DNA of 64,000 nucleotides from Camelus dromedarius (taxonomy: Eukaryota), in contig NC_087437.1 in assembly GCF_036321535.1 (NCBI RefSeq), positions 114,516,001 to 114,580,000 on the forward strand, read 5' to 3'. The notes under the pieces are model-generated. The model ran no database searches. It was given only the letters and a program-made list of their open reading frames with translations, and had not been told where the DNA came from. Both the position numbers and the translations under genes were made by a program. Position 1 is the stretch's first letter. Every line of letters starts with the position of its first letter. Shown in pieces: positions 11,686 to 24,904 of the stretch.

Positions 11686-13704
11686 CTAGAAAGGAAAATT
11701 GTAGAAGAGTTTTTTAAAGCAAGGTAGAAAACTAAACAGATTGAGTGATGGTATAAATTTACGCCCGATGCAGCTTTCAAGCACTCGTGGGGAAATGATC
11801 TCCATGCAGAAAAAATGCCACGTCCGCACATCCGCCTCTTTTATTGGCCTCGACTTCGCCCCATCAGTGAGAGAGGGAGTCCCACCTGAGGGCTCTGATG
11901 GCCGGACACGTGACACCTGACAACGGACAGTTGAGTGACAGCAGTTGTAGGTCACACGTACAGCCCAGGGTAGAGGGGAGGACATGGCAGGCCATAGGAG
12001 GGCTGCGCTCAAGAGAAGAGTGACCAGCAGGGGCCACGGGAAGCAGGCTTGAAGGAACAAGAGGTGACCCCTGGTTCCTGTGGGAAGATGTGATTTGCTT
12101 GTTTGAATAGTTTCGAGGGCTGGCAGGGAGGTGAAATCCATCAGATGGAGGACCAGGTGGCATGCACCTAGTCCAGCTGACAGGGCAACTAGCCAGGTGG
12201 GAAGCCTTGCCCGCTGGGAAATACCCAGTGACAGCAGAGGAACTCATAGTCAGGGCTCTGGGGCCCTGCGAGGCCCAAAGATACCAAGGCCGCACGTGAA
12301 ATTCCAGGTCCTACAATACACAGCCCTTGGGCAGCACGGTATTGGTGGATACCGTCACATGGATTTAGTGACGGTTTTGTTAGTTAAGAGACATAGAGGA
12401 AAAGACAAAGAAGACCTAACTGCTCCCACAACAAGGAGTGGGTGCAAGCACCAGGGCCTCCTTACTAAACAGCAAATCCCAGCGAGATAGAACTCCTTCC
12501 TTGCAGCACCAGATTAGGGCCACGGTTTGGAGTGTTATGTCAAAAGCCAGCCGTGGCGCACCTTCCACCAGGGGTTGGCAATCTTTTCCCATAAAAGGCC
12601 AGAGAGTAAGCATTTTAGGCTTTGCAGGGGCCCTGGGACCACATGCCCACAGGCTACACTCAGCTGTGAAAGCACTGGTTTAGAAAAAATGCACTAACAG
12701 CTGGATAAAAATAAAGTCACACCCATGGGGACTGAGTCCCTGTGTCCAGCACCCTATGTACTGCAACCCCTGACTTTATTTCATCAACATCAGCCACAGA
12801 AACACCCATCTAACTTCAGGCTCCTCTGCTTAATTTTGTTAGAGATGCAGCTTTCTACAAAAGTAACGAGCGGACAGGCAAGGAGATGGCCCTAGCCGAA
12901 GAAAGCAGTAGGGTCTCCCCACGCTCTCCTCTCACAGGCACGTGGTTAACCAGATGGCTTTGACCTTCATGTGGGTCGTGAAGAGGACAGTGTGAGTGCG
13001 GGTCCCCGCCAGTGTGCCTCCCAGCACACCCTGAACAGGTTATGGGTTAGCTGATACACAGACATCCACTGCCCCAAAGCCAGACCTTGACCCCACTGTG
13101 TCCTGCAGATACAATCACCTCCTTAATGTGCCAGAGGGGAGATCTCTGACTCCCAAAGCAGGACTCCTTAATGATGTCCCAAAAATATCCATCCATTCAG
13201 AAAATATTTAGCAAACGCCTACTAGGTGTCAGGCCGTGGGGTTACAGAAAGGAACAAGGCAAGGTCCCCGTCCTCTAAGACTGCAGAGCGCCCGGCGGAA
13301 GGAGTGAGTCTGTCAGTGATCACAGCAAGGGTCAATCCTGACAGCGATGCCACCACGTGACACAGGGAAAGGGACAGGAAAGCAAGCGAGACTTTACTCC
13401 CATGTATGGAAAGAGGAAGGGGGCCGCTGCACCATGGCCGGGGGTGGGGGATCAGGTCGGGGGAGCTGCTGGTTCAGGCCATCCAGGGAATACAGCACCA
13501 GGCTCTGTGGGCGTGGAGAGCAGAGGGGGAAAACAGGGCAAAGGAACAAAGCCCTGGGAGGAAGGACGGGAGCACACCTGACGGCGGGAGGTTGACCAGC
13601 GGCACCTTTCCCTGGGGTTTCGCTTACGATTCCTCGTCACAGGTTCTACACGTTAGAGTCCCTCCTACTGAAACAGAACACGGGTCCCCTTGTTAGCGGC
13701 TCAC

Positions 13705-14134
13705 CTGGACGCGGGGGCTGTGGTTCAGCAGATCCAGGTAGGGGGCGAGCGCGTAGGTGTCTGGCTCTGCAGAAAGGCAGGGCCTCGGCGGGCGCTTCAT
13801 GTACACAGCCCTGGTGTTGACGGTGCACCAAGCCCACAGGAGGGCGCTGTGGCTAAAGATGCTCTCGACAGCCTGGGAAAACAGAGGCTGCAGGGAAGAG
13901 AAAAAGCCTCTGGAGGAGGTAAAGAACTCCCGCACATGGGTTCTCTGCTCTCTGGCCTTTGCTTTCAGAGGTCTGGGAAGAAGATTCACCACTTCCGGCT
14001 CCAAACAAACAGGGCAGGTGTAGGCCTCTGGTAACACCTCCAGGTAAGGCTTCCAGGGCGACTGATTCCCAGCATGCTTTTCTGAAACCAGAAAGGCGCA
14101 CAGAGCCAGCAGGGGAGACGGAGGAGGCTGCCAC
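13705..14134 (-). CDS. SETD4: SETD4 coding exon 5, SET domain core (WQPPPSPLLALC...LAPYLDLLNHSPRVQ)
   Basis: 430 nt within ORF 13693..14142. Contains the DLLNHS SET motif. AG/GT flanks. Confidence 0.97.
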
Positions 14135-14544
14135 CTTTTCAAATGAAAAGCCAGAGATTAAAGGGATTACTTTCATTCAAAATATGGAGTAAGCAAAAGA
14201 TACAGACATCTAGTGCCTAGTTCTGCCCCCAGAGGGACTGTGGCCAAGCTGGCAGTACACTCCAAGTTTACTTACTGCACCCAAGAGAGGGCCTTCCTTC
14301 CTCAAGGCCTCCCTCCCTGGACCGCACCCCAGTACAAATGCTGTGAACAAGTCACAGTGATACAAGAACGGCTTCAACTAACCCAAGTTCCAGCTTTGTT
14401 GGCAAGAGATTCTTTTTCGAAAAACCTCTTTGCTTCCAACTTGGTTCTTCAGTTTTAAAGCTTCTGCTGAAGTCCACGTGTTTCTCTTGGTTAAGGGTAT
14501 AAAACTTGGGAGGGCGGGGGGCAATTGGTGGAAAGAACCTAGAA

Positions 14545-14760
14545 GTGACCCCTCCAACACAGTAACCACTGGGTACATATGGCTATTTCAATTTTAATTT
14601 TTTTAATTAAATAATATTGAAAATTCAATTCCTCAGTCAAACAAGCCACATTTCAAGTGCTCATCAGCCACATGTGGCTGGCTAGTGGCTACCACACTGG
14701 ACACTGCAAAGTGAAACATTTCAATCACTGCACAAAGTTCTATTGTACGATACTAACCTA
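14545..14760. mobile_element. MER3/MER33-like hAT-Charlie element (a related copy lies in opposite orientation at about 33065-33258)
   Basis: agccacatttcaagtgctc...gccacatgtggct...gtggctacc signature. Confidence 0.65.
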
Positions 14761-15679
14761 GGCAGACAATTGAATATGCTCATTATATACTTGTTACAGT
14801 TCTAAAGCTCTTGTCTTAAATTTATCCATCCTATTGCAAATTATACACTGCAGTATTTTTGTTACCAATAAAAAGATCTCATGTTGCATGAATGTATTCA
14901 GAAAGGTTTTCATTAATCCTTCAAAGTACAGATACCATGCATTCTATCCAAAATTTCAGAAGGATACAGAAAATGTTAATACTATGAGCACCCTTGCCTT
15001 TACTCAGGCCAATGAAAATACATCAGCCCTCTTACCAAAGTAAGCCAGGGGGAAAAGGGTCCAGAACTTACTCTGGATTGAGAAACAATACAATCTTTCA
15101 ACCCTTCTAATTTAGAAACCCCTTATGCTGAGAATCTCACTCGCTCTGTTCTCAGAAGTCCCCCAAAACGGAGGCCCGCTGTAAAAGAAGCCAGAAAATA
15201 GTTCTCAGCTCCCACATTGACCTCCTCTCTTCTATGCCAAATAAAACCAACTCTTTCATACTGTCAACAGCTCTTCATAGCTAAAAGAAATTTCAAGTAA
15301 GTACAATAAGGGTAAAAATTAAAAAGGGTAAATAACATTCGTCAGAACCTACTCTGATGGAGGACAGTACCATGAGTCAAGGCACTCAGTCATCATTTAT
15401 GTCTATTATCCCATTTAATCCTCATTTTCTAGTAAGGTTAGATCAGGATTCAAACTCACGTCCCAGGCAGCCTACTAAAAACCTTAAAAATGCAGTTTAC
15501 AGTGAATTAAGAACCAATTTCACATAACAGAGTAAACCTTTCAAATCACTTCAGATACTGATCAGCTATACACAGGGACTGTGTTCTAACAAACCATGTC
15601 TTGGATGATATATTTGCCAATGACAGAGACTTCAAAGGAGAAGCACTTGTCCCAGATGAGCAGGTGTGCAGTCACTTAC

Positions 15680-15768
15680 TTAGCAATGTACGCCCCTAAG
15701 TAGCTTCTAATCACGGTGTCTGTGGTCAGCAGGCAACTCTCAGGCAACGAGATAATCATCTGTCCCGC
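15680..15768 (-). CDS. SETD4: SETD4 coding exon 4 (AGQMIISLPESCLLTTDTVIRSYLGAYIAK)
   Basis: 89 nt, AAG acceptor, GTAAGT donor, translation matches SETD4. Confidence 0.95.
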
Positions 15769-17880
15769 CTTACCAAAAAGAAAGTGAAGTTTAGAACATC
15801 CATACTTTGGGAAGGACCTGTGTGAGTCTGTTAAAGGCCCTGATTGCACAATCATCTACTAAGAACGCAGGAGAGCCGAACCACAGACCACCAGAGACTG
15901 GCTCCCCAGCCTCTGAGTCCGCAGATGCAGGCAAGGCCACTCCCACGCCAGGTACCACCCCAACAAGACACCCATCACCAGTCAACCTTTCACCAGAAAG
16001 GAACATGTAAATACTCTGACAACTCAAATCATATTGTTCCTTCATGTTCTTAGGCCAGGAAATAGTATGACCTACAGGCAACAGACAGAAACTACTCAAA
16101 AAAATTCTTCCAGGGAAATCCACGTGTCCAGGATTTGTTCCCAGCAACGGCCTGCCCCCCATACAACCTGCGCCAACTAGCTGAAGACAGGGCAGCCCAC
16201 CCAGCACCAGGGTCTCATTTTACCACCTGCAAAAGCATAATTTTCAGTTTCTCCCACGGAGATAGAAACATAGAAAGAAAAATTAAGATGTCAAGGAATA
16301 GACACCAGAAACAAATCAAGCACTCAGAAGCCAAACATAAGGGATCCTGCTTTTTATCATAACTGACATCTAATTTCGTTAAAAATCTCAGCCAAAAATC
16401 CTCTGGGTTCAATCTCTGGTCTCCTCATTTGCAAACAAGGACTGAGCTGGGATGACCACTACAATCCCTTCCTGCTCCGGGATCCCATGACTTTCCGATT
16501 CAAAAAACGGCCATTTCATAAAATGTCCTATACCTTGACTGGGGTAAATTTCTTCATCGTCAAAACTCATCAAACTGGACACAATATCTGTGCATTTCAC
16601 GATGTGTAAAATATGTCTGAATCTTCAAAAAGTCTTAACAAAAAAGCCACATTTGAAAGTACTGGTAAAGCAACTGCCAATTATCATTTCATGATCCAAA
16701 TGAAAACCACACACAGTCACTGCTCTATTCACGAGAGGTATATTTCTCCTCCCCAAATTCTGCTACAGAATAAAGTCATATACCGCCCCTCAAAAACCAA
16801 AATATTGCACAACGTGAAGTACTTAATACTACCGAACTGTATACTTAAAAATGGTTAAGGTAATAAATTCTATGTTATGTATATTTTACAAATTAAAATG
16901 TTTAATAAAAAAAACTAAAATAGCATAACCGAATTACCACACTGAAAGCTACCACTCTTTAGGCTAAACATACGTACATAGCTGGATTTTATATAAATTA
17001 AGGAATTAAAAATAATTAATTTTTTGAATAATAAATTAAAATAATTAAAAATAAATTAAGGATCTAATTTCTAGCTCTAAAAAAATTGTACATCAGGTGT
17101 CCTTTAAATAGCACAGAAGAACTAAAAGAGACCTTGGGGTGCATCTGCGTCATTGACCTCCTCGCTTACCGGGTGAGGAAACAAGCCCAGAGGCTTAGGA
17201 GCCTTGCTCGGCGGAAGGCAATCCCAGGAAAGGCTCGGGGGCCTCCTCCCGCTGCTTGCTGGGTGGCTGGGCTCCACTTACTACATGATGCTCAGATGTG
17301 AGCAGCTCCCCCTCCACCCCACCCCACCCCCAACACATTTAAAATATGATCAGATTTACAAAACTTCTTGTGCCAGACTGCTGACTGCCTACCCCAATGG
17401 GCCCTCTCTCCTCCTCCACCCTAATGCGACCCCATCTGAAGGGCATGGTGCTTCCGCAGCCAGCTGGGGCTGTGCACCTGGTTGCCGGTAGATGAGACAG
17501 AGCTGGAATTTCCTGGATGAGAGGAAGTGTGCCCTTCTTCACCCCCTTGCTCTGTCCTGCTGCTCAAGCTCCGGGAGCTCCAGCCTGGACTTGAGGGTGC
17601 GGGGCTCCCTCTAAGGATGTGCACAGAGATGGGTGGAGTCCCTGCGACCCCCACACCAGCCAGGTCTGCCTATCCAGGCTTGTTTACACCACAGCAAAGT
17701 AAACTTCCGCTCTGTTACTCTGGATTTGTCTCATTAATGCAGCAAGATTTAATTCTAACTGACAGAACTATACTCAAAAAAAAAAATCCTGTATGTCTAA
17801 AATATTTTTACTTCATGTGATCTGAACCACAAAAATTAAGCAGCAAAATCTACTTTGGGTTTGAAGAAAGAAACTCTCAC

Positions 17881-17918
17881 CTGTAGGGATGTTTTGCTCA
17901 TCAGGCCTCTTCCTGTAC
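17881..17918 (-). CDS. SETD4: SETD4 coding exon 3 (GTGRGLMSKTSLQ, SET motif GRGL)
   Basis: 38 nt, CCTAG acceptor, GTGAG donor. Confidence 0.93.
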
Positions 17919-19487
17919 CTAGGAATGCAAAGAAAGAAAAAGGGTAAATCCTACTCTATCTTAAGATCTTAAAGACACTGTTTTGAATAAAAAGATGTGG
18001 ATGAACTTCAAAATTACAGTAAGCCAAAGCTGGGAGTCTCGAATCCTTTGACTCCCAGGGGAAACAGAGGATTAAGAGGTTGTTCTGGAAAACGTCCCGA
18101 CCTCCTTTCCGGCTTATAATCTTTGAAAGGCAAAGTCAGCTTCAGTGTTGGCATCTAAAGATTGTCAACTTTATACAGATCTGCTGCTGGGTCTCTTACA
18201 GGAAACTTTAAGCTGGACCCTCCCCCCGGGGGGCCTACCTACCCCACCAGCTGGGGTTGAGGCTTCCTCCTCATGCCCACCCAACCTCAGAGGCTGGACC
18301 CTCAGGCCACTTTTACCCACTACCAGACCCAGCTTTCCCCAGTAGTGATCTCCAGTCTTTGACTGACTGCCTAGTAAAGCCCACTCAGGTCCCACAAAGC
18401 CTGCTGACCACACCCACCCCTCCCCAACCAGGCAACCCATTAGCCACGCTCTCTTTGAAAGGATGAGCTCAACAGGGTAGGTCCAGGGCCAGCTGCTCCC
18501 TGCAAGCCAGGGCCTTGGCCAGAGCAGTTACAACAGAACCTTCACCAGCTGTACTGTCAACGCCACCGACATGCAGAAGTTCACCCCTCCCACGCCCAAG
18601 GCTGCCCTCCTACTGCACCGTCGGATAAGGTTTTCTGGCAGGCAGAGGTCCAGTATGACCTACAATTATTACAGGGAGTCTCTACTCCTCAAATTCATAG
18701 TTCTTGACTTTCTTCTCTCAGCTGGGAGGGAATACAATTCTGCAAAGATCAGTGCCTGCGGGACCAATGGGAGCTCCTGGTTCTTGGAGAGAGTGCCCGC
18801 CTCCAGTCCTGAATCAGGTGTCTGGCGAGTTTGATTTGATGAGTCATCTCCCCACCTAGAAGCATACGGTCTGCTCAAACACAAGGTTTTGGTTTAAAGA
18901 ACTTATTTAATTTCTTCTCTGTGTCCCATGATGGAGTTAATCAGCCCAGTGGGTCAGAACCCTTTCTGAAACCAATTACTAAAGGGAGGGTTTTTCTCTG
19001 CGGGATCATCCTTTAAAAAATTCATGTGCTAATTTATGTGGAAATTTCTCTCTGAACAGATATGAGAAGAACTTAGCATATGGAATAAATCTGGAAGATA
19101 CCTATATGTCTATAATATAATGCTCAACAGACAGAAAACAGATCACAGTAATCTGCACCTGCTAAGGCAAGGTGGGAAGAGGCCATTAGGATCTTACAAA
19201 AGTGAAGCTTATTACAGACTTCCCACTGCCTTATGATTCTGCTATCTGGGAGGATTTGGCCAGTGCTTTTGGCCAGTGTTAAAAGGAAATACTCAGCCAG
19301 TTCCCAAAGCATAAATCAGGTCAGAGTCTAGAGACTGAATCTTGCCTGCAACTTAGGAGCCTTGCCCTGCCCTCCACAAACTAAGATTAATTCCCTAGAA
19401 TCCTGTACACTTTGTCAGACTGCCATAAACATTGCCTCCAATCACACTCTGATTAAGAGCTAGAGATACAGGAAGCACTTAGGGAAG

Positions 19488-19835
19488 GTGTTGTGGACTA
19501 AATGTTTGTTTCCCCCAAATTCAAATGTTGATTTCTTAACCCCCAATGCAATGGCATTAGAAGGTGGGCTTATGGTAAGTGACTCGGTCATAGGGTACAG
19601 CCCTCATGAATGGGATTTAGTGCCTATACGAGAAGAGAGAGGAGAGCCTGCTCCATCTCCCAGCTCTCCACCACATGAGGACACAAGAAGACAGCAATTT
19701 ACAAAGCAAGAATCGGTCCTCACCAGATGCTGAATCTGCCCGGACCATGATCTTGGACTTCCCAGCCTCCAGAACTGTGAGTGAGAAATTGTTTAAGCCA
19801 CCAGCCTATGACAATTTGTCACAGCAGCTCAAGCT
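19488..19835 (+). mobile_element. MaLR (MLT1-like) LTR
   Basis: ttggacttcccagcctccagaactgtgag...gtttaagccacc signature. Confidence 0.7.
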
Positions 19836-20192
19836 AAACAGGAGGCTCCTTGCCCCCAGAACTGTAAGCACTGGGTTCTGAAAAGCACTGGGTTCTGACC
19901 ACTGCCGAACCGCTTTGCTTTAGCTCCTCCATGACCACGAATCTGGAGACGGGCCCAGAGAAAGCTGTTTCCACTTTTAAAACTGGTAACTTTTCACTGC
20001 TCCAAATTATAGACAGATTACTTACTTTCAGGCATTCCATTTAAACCACATGCCAATTCCTGCTTAATGATTTTAGATCTACCCTTCTTAAGGCAAAGTG
20101 ACATCCACGCAAAGAGCAGGCAGGCCTTAGGCACAGCGAGTCCTCTCCTGACACAATTTCCTCTTGGTCATCTCATTAAAAACTCCATCCAG

Positions 20193-20405
20193 CAGATACT
20201 GACCACTATATATAAAACAGATGAACAACAAGTTCCTACTGTATAGCACAGGGAACTATATTCACTACTTTGTGGTAACCTATAACGAAAAAGAACATGA
20301 AAAGGAGTATATGTATCTACATGTATGACTGAACTATTGTGCTGCACACCAGAAACTGACACAGTATTAACTGTCTATACTTCAAGGAGAAAAAAAAAGA
20401 AAGAG
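20193..20405 (+). mobile_element. 5'-truncated L1 3' end
   Basis: L1 3'UTR motifs and A tail. TSD CTCCATCCAG at 20183-20192 and 20406-20415. Confidence 0.8.
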
Positions 20406-20830
20406 CTCCATCCAGTAAAATGTAAAAGTATGGGTTTTACTTACTGTTTATTGACACACAGAAACAGAAAGTTAAACACTCTGTCAGAAGCTGACAAATA
20501 CAGTTCACCACCATAAAGTACAATCATAAAATCATATAGCTCTGTTTGGTATCCTCATCCCCGCCTTCATCTTATTTGTCTACTCTCATTTCTCTTTTTT
20601 TAACTTTTAATTTCACTTCACCATTTTGGAATTTCTCTCCACGAGCCACGTTAACTCATTTTTAGAAAAAGGTAACGATTAAATAAATATTACAGCTACA
20701 AGGCAAGAAGCCTAACACGCAACAGAAGATGTGCTTCCAGAGAGAACACAGCCCACGTGCAAGAATCACCCCCACTTTCCCATCACCTGTGCCCACGTCT
20801 CTCACGTGCGAGCTGAATGCCAGACCTCAC

Positions 20831-20926
20831 CTGGAAAACGAGCAGGTATTAAATTTGCATCTTCAAACTTCCTATCTTTCAGCCACTTCTTAAGCTCTAT
20901 AAATTCAGGCTTGTAGCTCTCATTCA
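20831..20926 (-). CDS. SETD4: SETD4 coding exon 2 (VNESYKPEFIELKKWLKDRKFEDANLIPARFP)
   Basis: 96 nt, AG/GT flanks, phase 1-1, translation matches SETD4. Confidence 0.95.
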
Positions 20927-21099
20927 CTAATCAAGAGCGGAAAGAAAAACTGATGATTAAAATCACTATATAATTAGCGTTTCACCGTATAAAATCACAA
21001 TATAATTCCTTTTCACCATTTAAAAAGTAAATCTCTGATGAACCGTCTCAGTCATATAATAAATGGGAATAAATTTTAAAACATGCACAAATAATGTAA

Positions 21100-23580
21100 A
21101 GTAAAATAGAAAAACCATATGACCACCTCAAAGATGCGGGAAAAGTGTTTAATAAAAGCTAACATTTATTCCTGATAAATACTCGCAGCAAACAAGGAAA
21201 AAAGGGAACTTTCTCAATCTGATAAAAAATTTCTAACAAAAAACCTACAGATGACATATTCAATGATGAAAAACTAAGTGCCTTCCCTCCAAAATCAGGA
21301 ACAAGACAAGGATGTCTGTTCCCCCCACTTCTGCTCAACACTGCACTAGTGGTTCTAGCCAGTGCAATAAGGAAAGAAAAATAAATAAAAGGCATCTATT
21401 ATGAGTTGAATTGTGTATCCTAAAATTCATATGATGAAGTCCTAATCCTCAGTACCTCAGAATATGACCTTATGTAGAGACAGGGTCTTTACAGAGGTAA
21501 TCAAGTTACAATGATGTCATCAGAAGGAACCCTGATGCAGTATGATTGGTGTCTTTATAAAAAGGGAAAATTTAGGCACAGGCATAAACAGAAGGAAGAT
21601 GACAAAGGAACAAAGGGAGAAGAAGCCAAAAAGAGAGGCTTAAAACAGACCCCTCTCTTACAGCTCTCAGAAGGAACCAATCCTGCTGACACATGCTTCA
21701 TAGATAAACCCTAAGGGCATTTCAATAATTTTCAATAAATGAAATAAGATGTTCACAAAAAGACAAATGCTGTATCATTCCACTTATATGAGGTATCCAG
21801 AATAGTCAAGTTCATGGGACAAAAAGTAGAATGGTAGCTGCCAGGGGCTGGGGGGAGTGGGGCATGTGGGGTTATTATTTAATGAGTATAGAGTTCCTCA
21901 AGAATTCTGAAGACTGGCTGCACAACAATCTAAATGTACTTAACATTATTGAACTACACTTTAAAATTGTTAAAATGGTAAATTTTATGTTACGTATACC
22001 TTAATACAATTAAAACTAAAAAATTTTTAAAGCTCTTAAATGAATAACCTAAGCAAATGGAGAGATACATCTTGTGTACGGGTTGGAAGATTCAGTATTG
22101 CTAAGAAGTTAAATCTCCCCAAACTAATCTATAGATTCAATACAATCCTAAAGGAAATTCAAGCAGGCATTTTTGGAGAAATTGACAAGATGATTCAACT
22201 ATTCACATGGAAATGCAAAGGACCTAGAATAGCCAAAACCACTTTGAAAAACTGAGTTCAAAACTTATTACTATAAAGCTACAATAACTAAGATTGTGTG
22301 ATACTGTTACCAAGACAAAGAAGTCAATGGAACAGAAAAGGCAATCAATGGAGAAAGGATAGTTTTTTCAAGAAATATTGCTTGGAACAGTTGGATCTCC
22401 ATAAGCAAAAGAAATGAACTTTATCATATCTTATACAATTTACAAAAAACAATTCAAACTGAATCATAGACTTATAACACTAAAAATACAGTTACCCTAT
22501 GATCCAGCAATTCCACTCCTGGGCATATATCCAGAGAAAATTCTAAATCAAAAGGATACATGCAGGGGGAGGGTATAGGTCAAGTGGTAGAGTGTATGCT
22601 TAACATGCACGAGGTCCTGGGGGTTCAATCCCCAGTAACTCCTCTAAAACTAAGTAAACCGAATTACCTATCCCCCCACTGCCAAAATAAAATTAAATTA
22701 AAAAACAAAAGGATACATGTACCCCAATATTCATAGCAGCACTATTAACAATAGCCAAGACACGGAAGTAACCTAAATGTCCATCGACAGATGACTGGAT
22801 AAAGATATATCTATATAGAAATAGATTTGTGGAATACTACTCAGCCATTAAAAAGAATGAAATAATGACATTTGCATAGATGGACCAAGAGATTATCATA
22901 CCAAGTGAAGTCAGAGAAAGACAAACATCATATGATATCACTTATATGTGGAATCTAAAAAATGATACAAATGAACTTATTTACAAAATAGAAACAGACT
23001 CACAGACACAGAAAACAAACTTATAGTTACCAAAGGGGAAAGGGAGGAGAGAGATAAACTAGGAGTTTGGGAGTAGCAAATACAAAATACTATATATAAA
23101 ACAGATAAACAACAGGTTCCTACTGTTTAGCACAGGGAACTATATGTAATATCTTGTAATGACCTATAATGAAAAAGAATATATATATATGTATGTATAA
23201 CTGAATCACTATGCTGTACAGCTGAAACTAACACAATATTGTAAATCAAGGATAATTCAATTTAAAACATAATAATAATAATTACAAAAATGCACACTAT
23301 ATGATTAAATAAAACCATAAAACACAGACAAATCAATAGTGATAGAAAGCAGATCAGTGGTGGGCTGGGCATGGGGGGAGAGAAGGTTCAAAAGGGGCAA
23401 GATGAAAAGATCACAAAGGGAAACAAGGAAACTTCTTGGGGAGATGAATGTTCATTATCTTAATTGGGGTAATGGCTCCCTGAGCGCATACATATGTCAA
23501 AATTTATCAAATTATACACTTTAAATATGTGACATTCATTCTATGTCAGTTATACCTCAATAAAGCTGTTTTCTAAAAAA
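21100..23580 (+). mobile_element. Nested repeat block: old L1 ORF2/3' fragments, an MLT1-like LTR (about 21398-21690) and a younger L1 3' end (about 22480-23280)
   Basis: ORF2-like peptides (LNLPKLIYRFN, ORF 22040..22255), MLT1 start motif, L1 3'UTR motifs. Confidence 0.75.
22565..22705 (+). mobile_element. tRNA-derived SINE (camelid Vic-1-like) inserted in an L1
   Basis: GGGGAGGGTATAGGTCAAGTGGTAGAG A-box, GGTTCAATCCC B-box, A-rich tail. TSD CAAAAGGATACATG at 22549-22562 and 22706-22719. Confidence 0.8.
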
Positions 23581-24254
23581 TGCATGATCCAAAATACAAA
23601 GCTCCCAAAATATTTTATCACAACTTAGAGAACATATTTTACAGTATGAGTATTTAATCAATGAGCATTTAATAAGCAACTACTACACACAGCACTATGT
23701 TAATCACCGTGGAGAACATTCAACATGTTCTCCATCCTCAATAAGTTAACATTTTAGTTGAGAAACAAGACTTCCATGAAAAACAACTGGAAAACCAGTA
23801 GGTCTTAAAGAATAAGATCCAATATGCACAACAGCAGAGTGACAGCAGTGAGAAAAGGAAATGGCATGACCAAACATAAGACCTCAACTCAGTGAGAGAG
23901 AAACTGAACAAGCAAGGAGAAGGGAAAAAGGAAATGTGGGGGGCGTGCTCAGAAAGTGGTGAGTAGAGAACATAACTTCCAACACACGGAGTGGCAGGGT
24001 GGAGCCAGGTACCAAATGAGCTGATGTCAGGCAGGAGCTGGGATAGCAGACAACAGGGAGTAAGAATCCCTGGAGGCCCCTAAGCCAAAAAGGAAAGGAG
24101 ACACCAGTCCCTTATCAAAGTGAGACTGACAGCCCCAAATGGAACAACCAGCAGGGAAGAAAAACAAGGATGTGGTAAACCAGCAAAGAGCCAGCTGAAA
24201 TCACCCCTGGGTGGAACACAGAAGGAAAAGTTAACTGAAGAAAGGCCAGGTGAG

Positions 24255-24361
24255 GGGTGGGAGCGGGTATCACTCAGTGGTACAGCGTGTGCATTGTGGG
24301 CACGAGGCCCTGGGTTCAATCCCCAGTACCTCCATTAAGCGGAAATAAGTAAAAAAAGAAG
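24255..24361 (+). mobile_element. tRNA-derived SINE, same family
   Basis: ctcagtggtacag...gggttcaatccccagtacctcc plus A tail. Near-perfect TSD gaaaggc(c)aggtgag. Confidence 0.75.
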
Positions 24362-24831
24362 GAAAGGCAGGTGAGAATTAGTAGGACCTGGGCTACAGAA
24401 GGCAAAGGATAGTCAAAGATTACCTCGAATGGTGCTGCCATGCTTGGGGTCAGCTAGGAGTGTTATTAACTTTTACCAAAAGTAACAACTGCATTTATGT
24501 ACTACTTTCTAGTTGGCCAAGCACTTTGACTAGTTTCAGACTAAGTAACACTGAACTTGAAATGATAAATTTATCTCCAAACATTGATATCCCATAGGTA
24601 GTTAGAGGTTAGGAGAGAGACGAGGACCGGAAACAGAAACCTGGGAGTCAGCCCCAGTGAAGACATAGTTGAATTAAGATATCCATATTCCCACAATACA
24701 AGGGCACTATTAAAAAGAGTATTCTTTAAGAAGTGTTCTCTTTCAACATTGCCCATGTGCCTTTGGGAAAAGCTACGTGTGTCTGTTAAAGCCAATCAAC
24801 AAATGATCCCTTTTTTCACCACAAACTATAC

Positions 24832-24904
24832 CTCTGCTAGATTCGGGGTTTCTCAAGAGTTTTCTTCTTCTGATCCGGCTTGTTCTGCCTCCTCTTTTCT
24901 TCAT
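24832..24904 (-). CDS. SETD4: SETD4 first coding exon (MKKRGGRTSRIRRRKLLRNPESSR); the exon including 5'UTR starts at 24935
   Basis: ATG at 24904-24902, 73 nt, GT donor at 24831. Matches the SETD4 N-terminus GRTSRIRRRKL. Acceptor TTTTATTTTAG upstream. Confidence 0.93.

Noticed and set aside
16409..16600. 63-aa minus-strand ORF as an extra SETD4 exon
   Set aside because: The SETD4 CDS is complete without it, and its start resembles an old L1 3' fragment.
22565..22645. tRNA gene candidates (also at about 24260-24335)
   Set aside because: The A/B boxes are followed by A-rich tails and flanked by TSDs, so these are SINEs.
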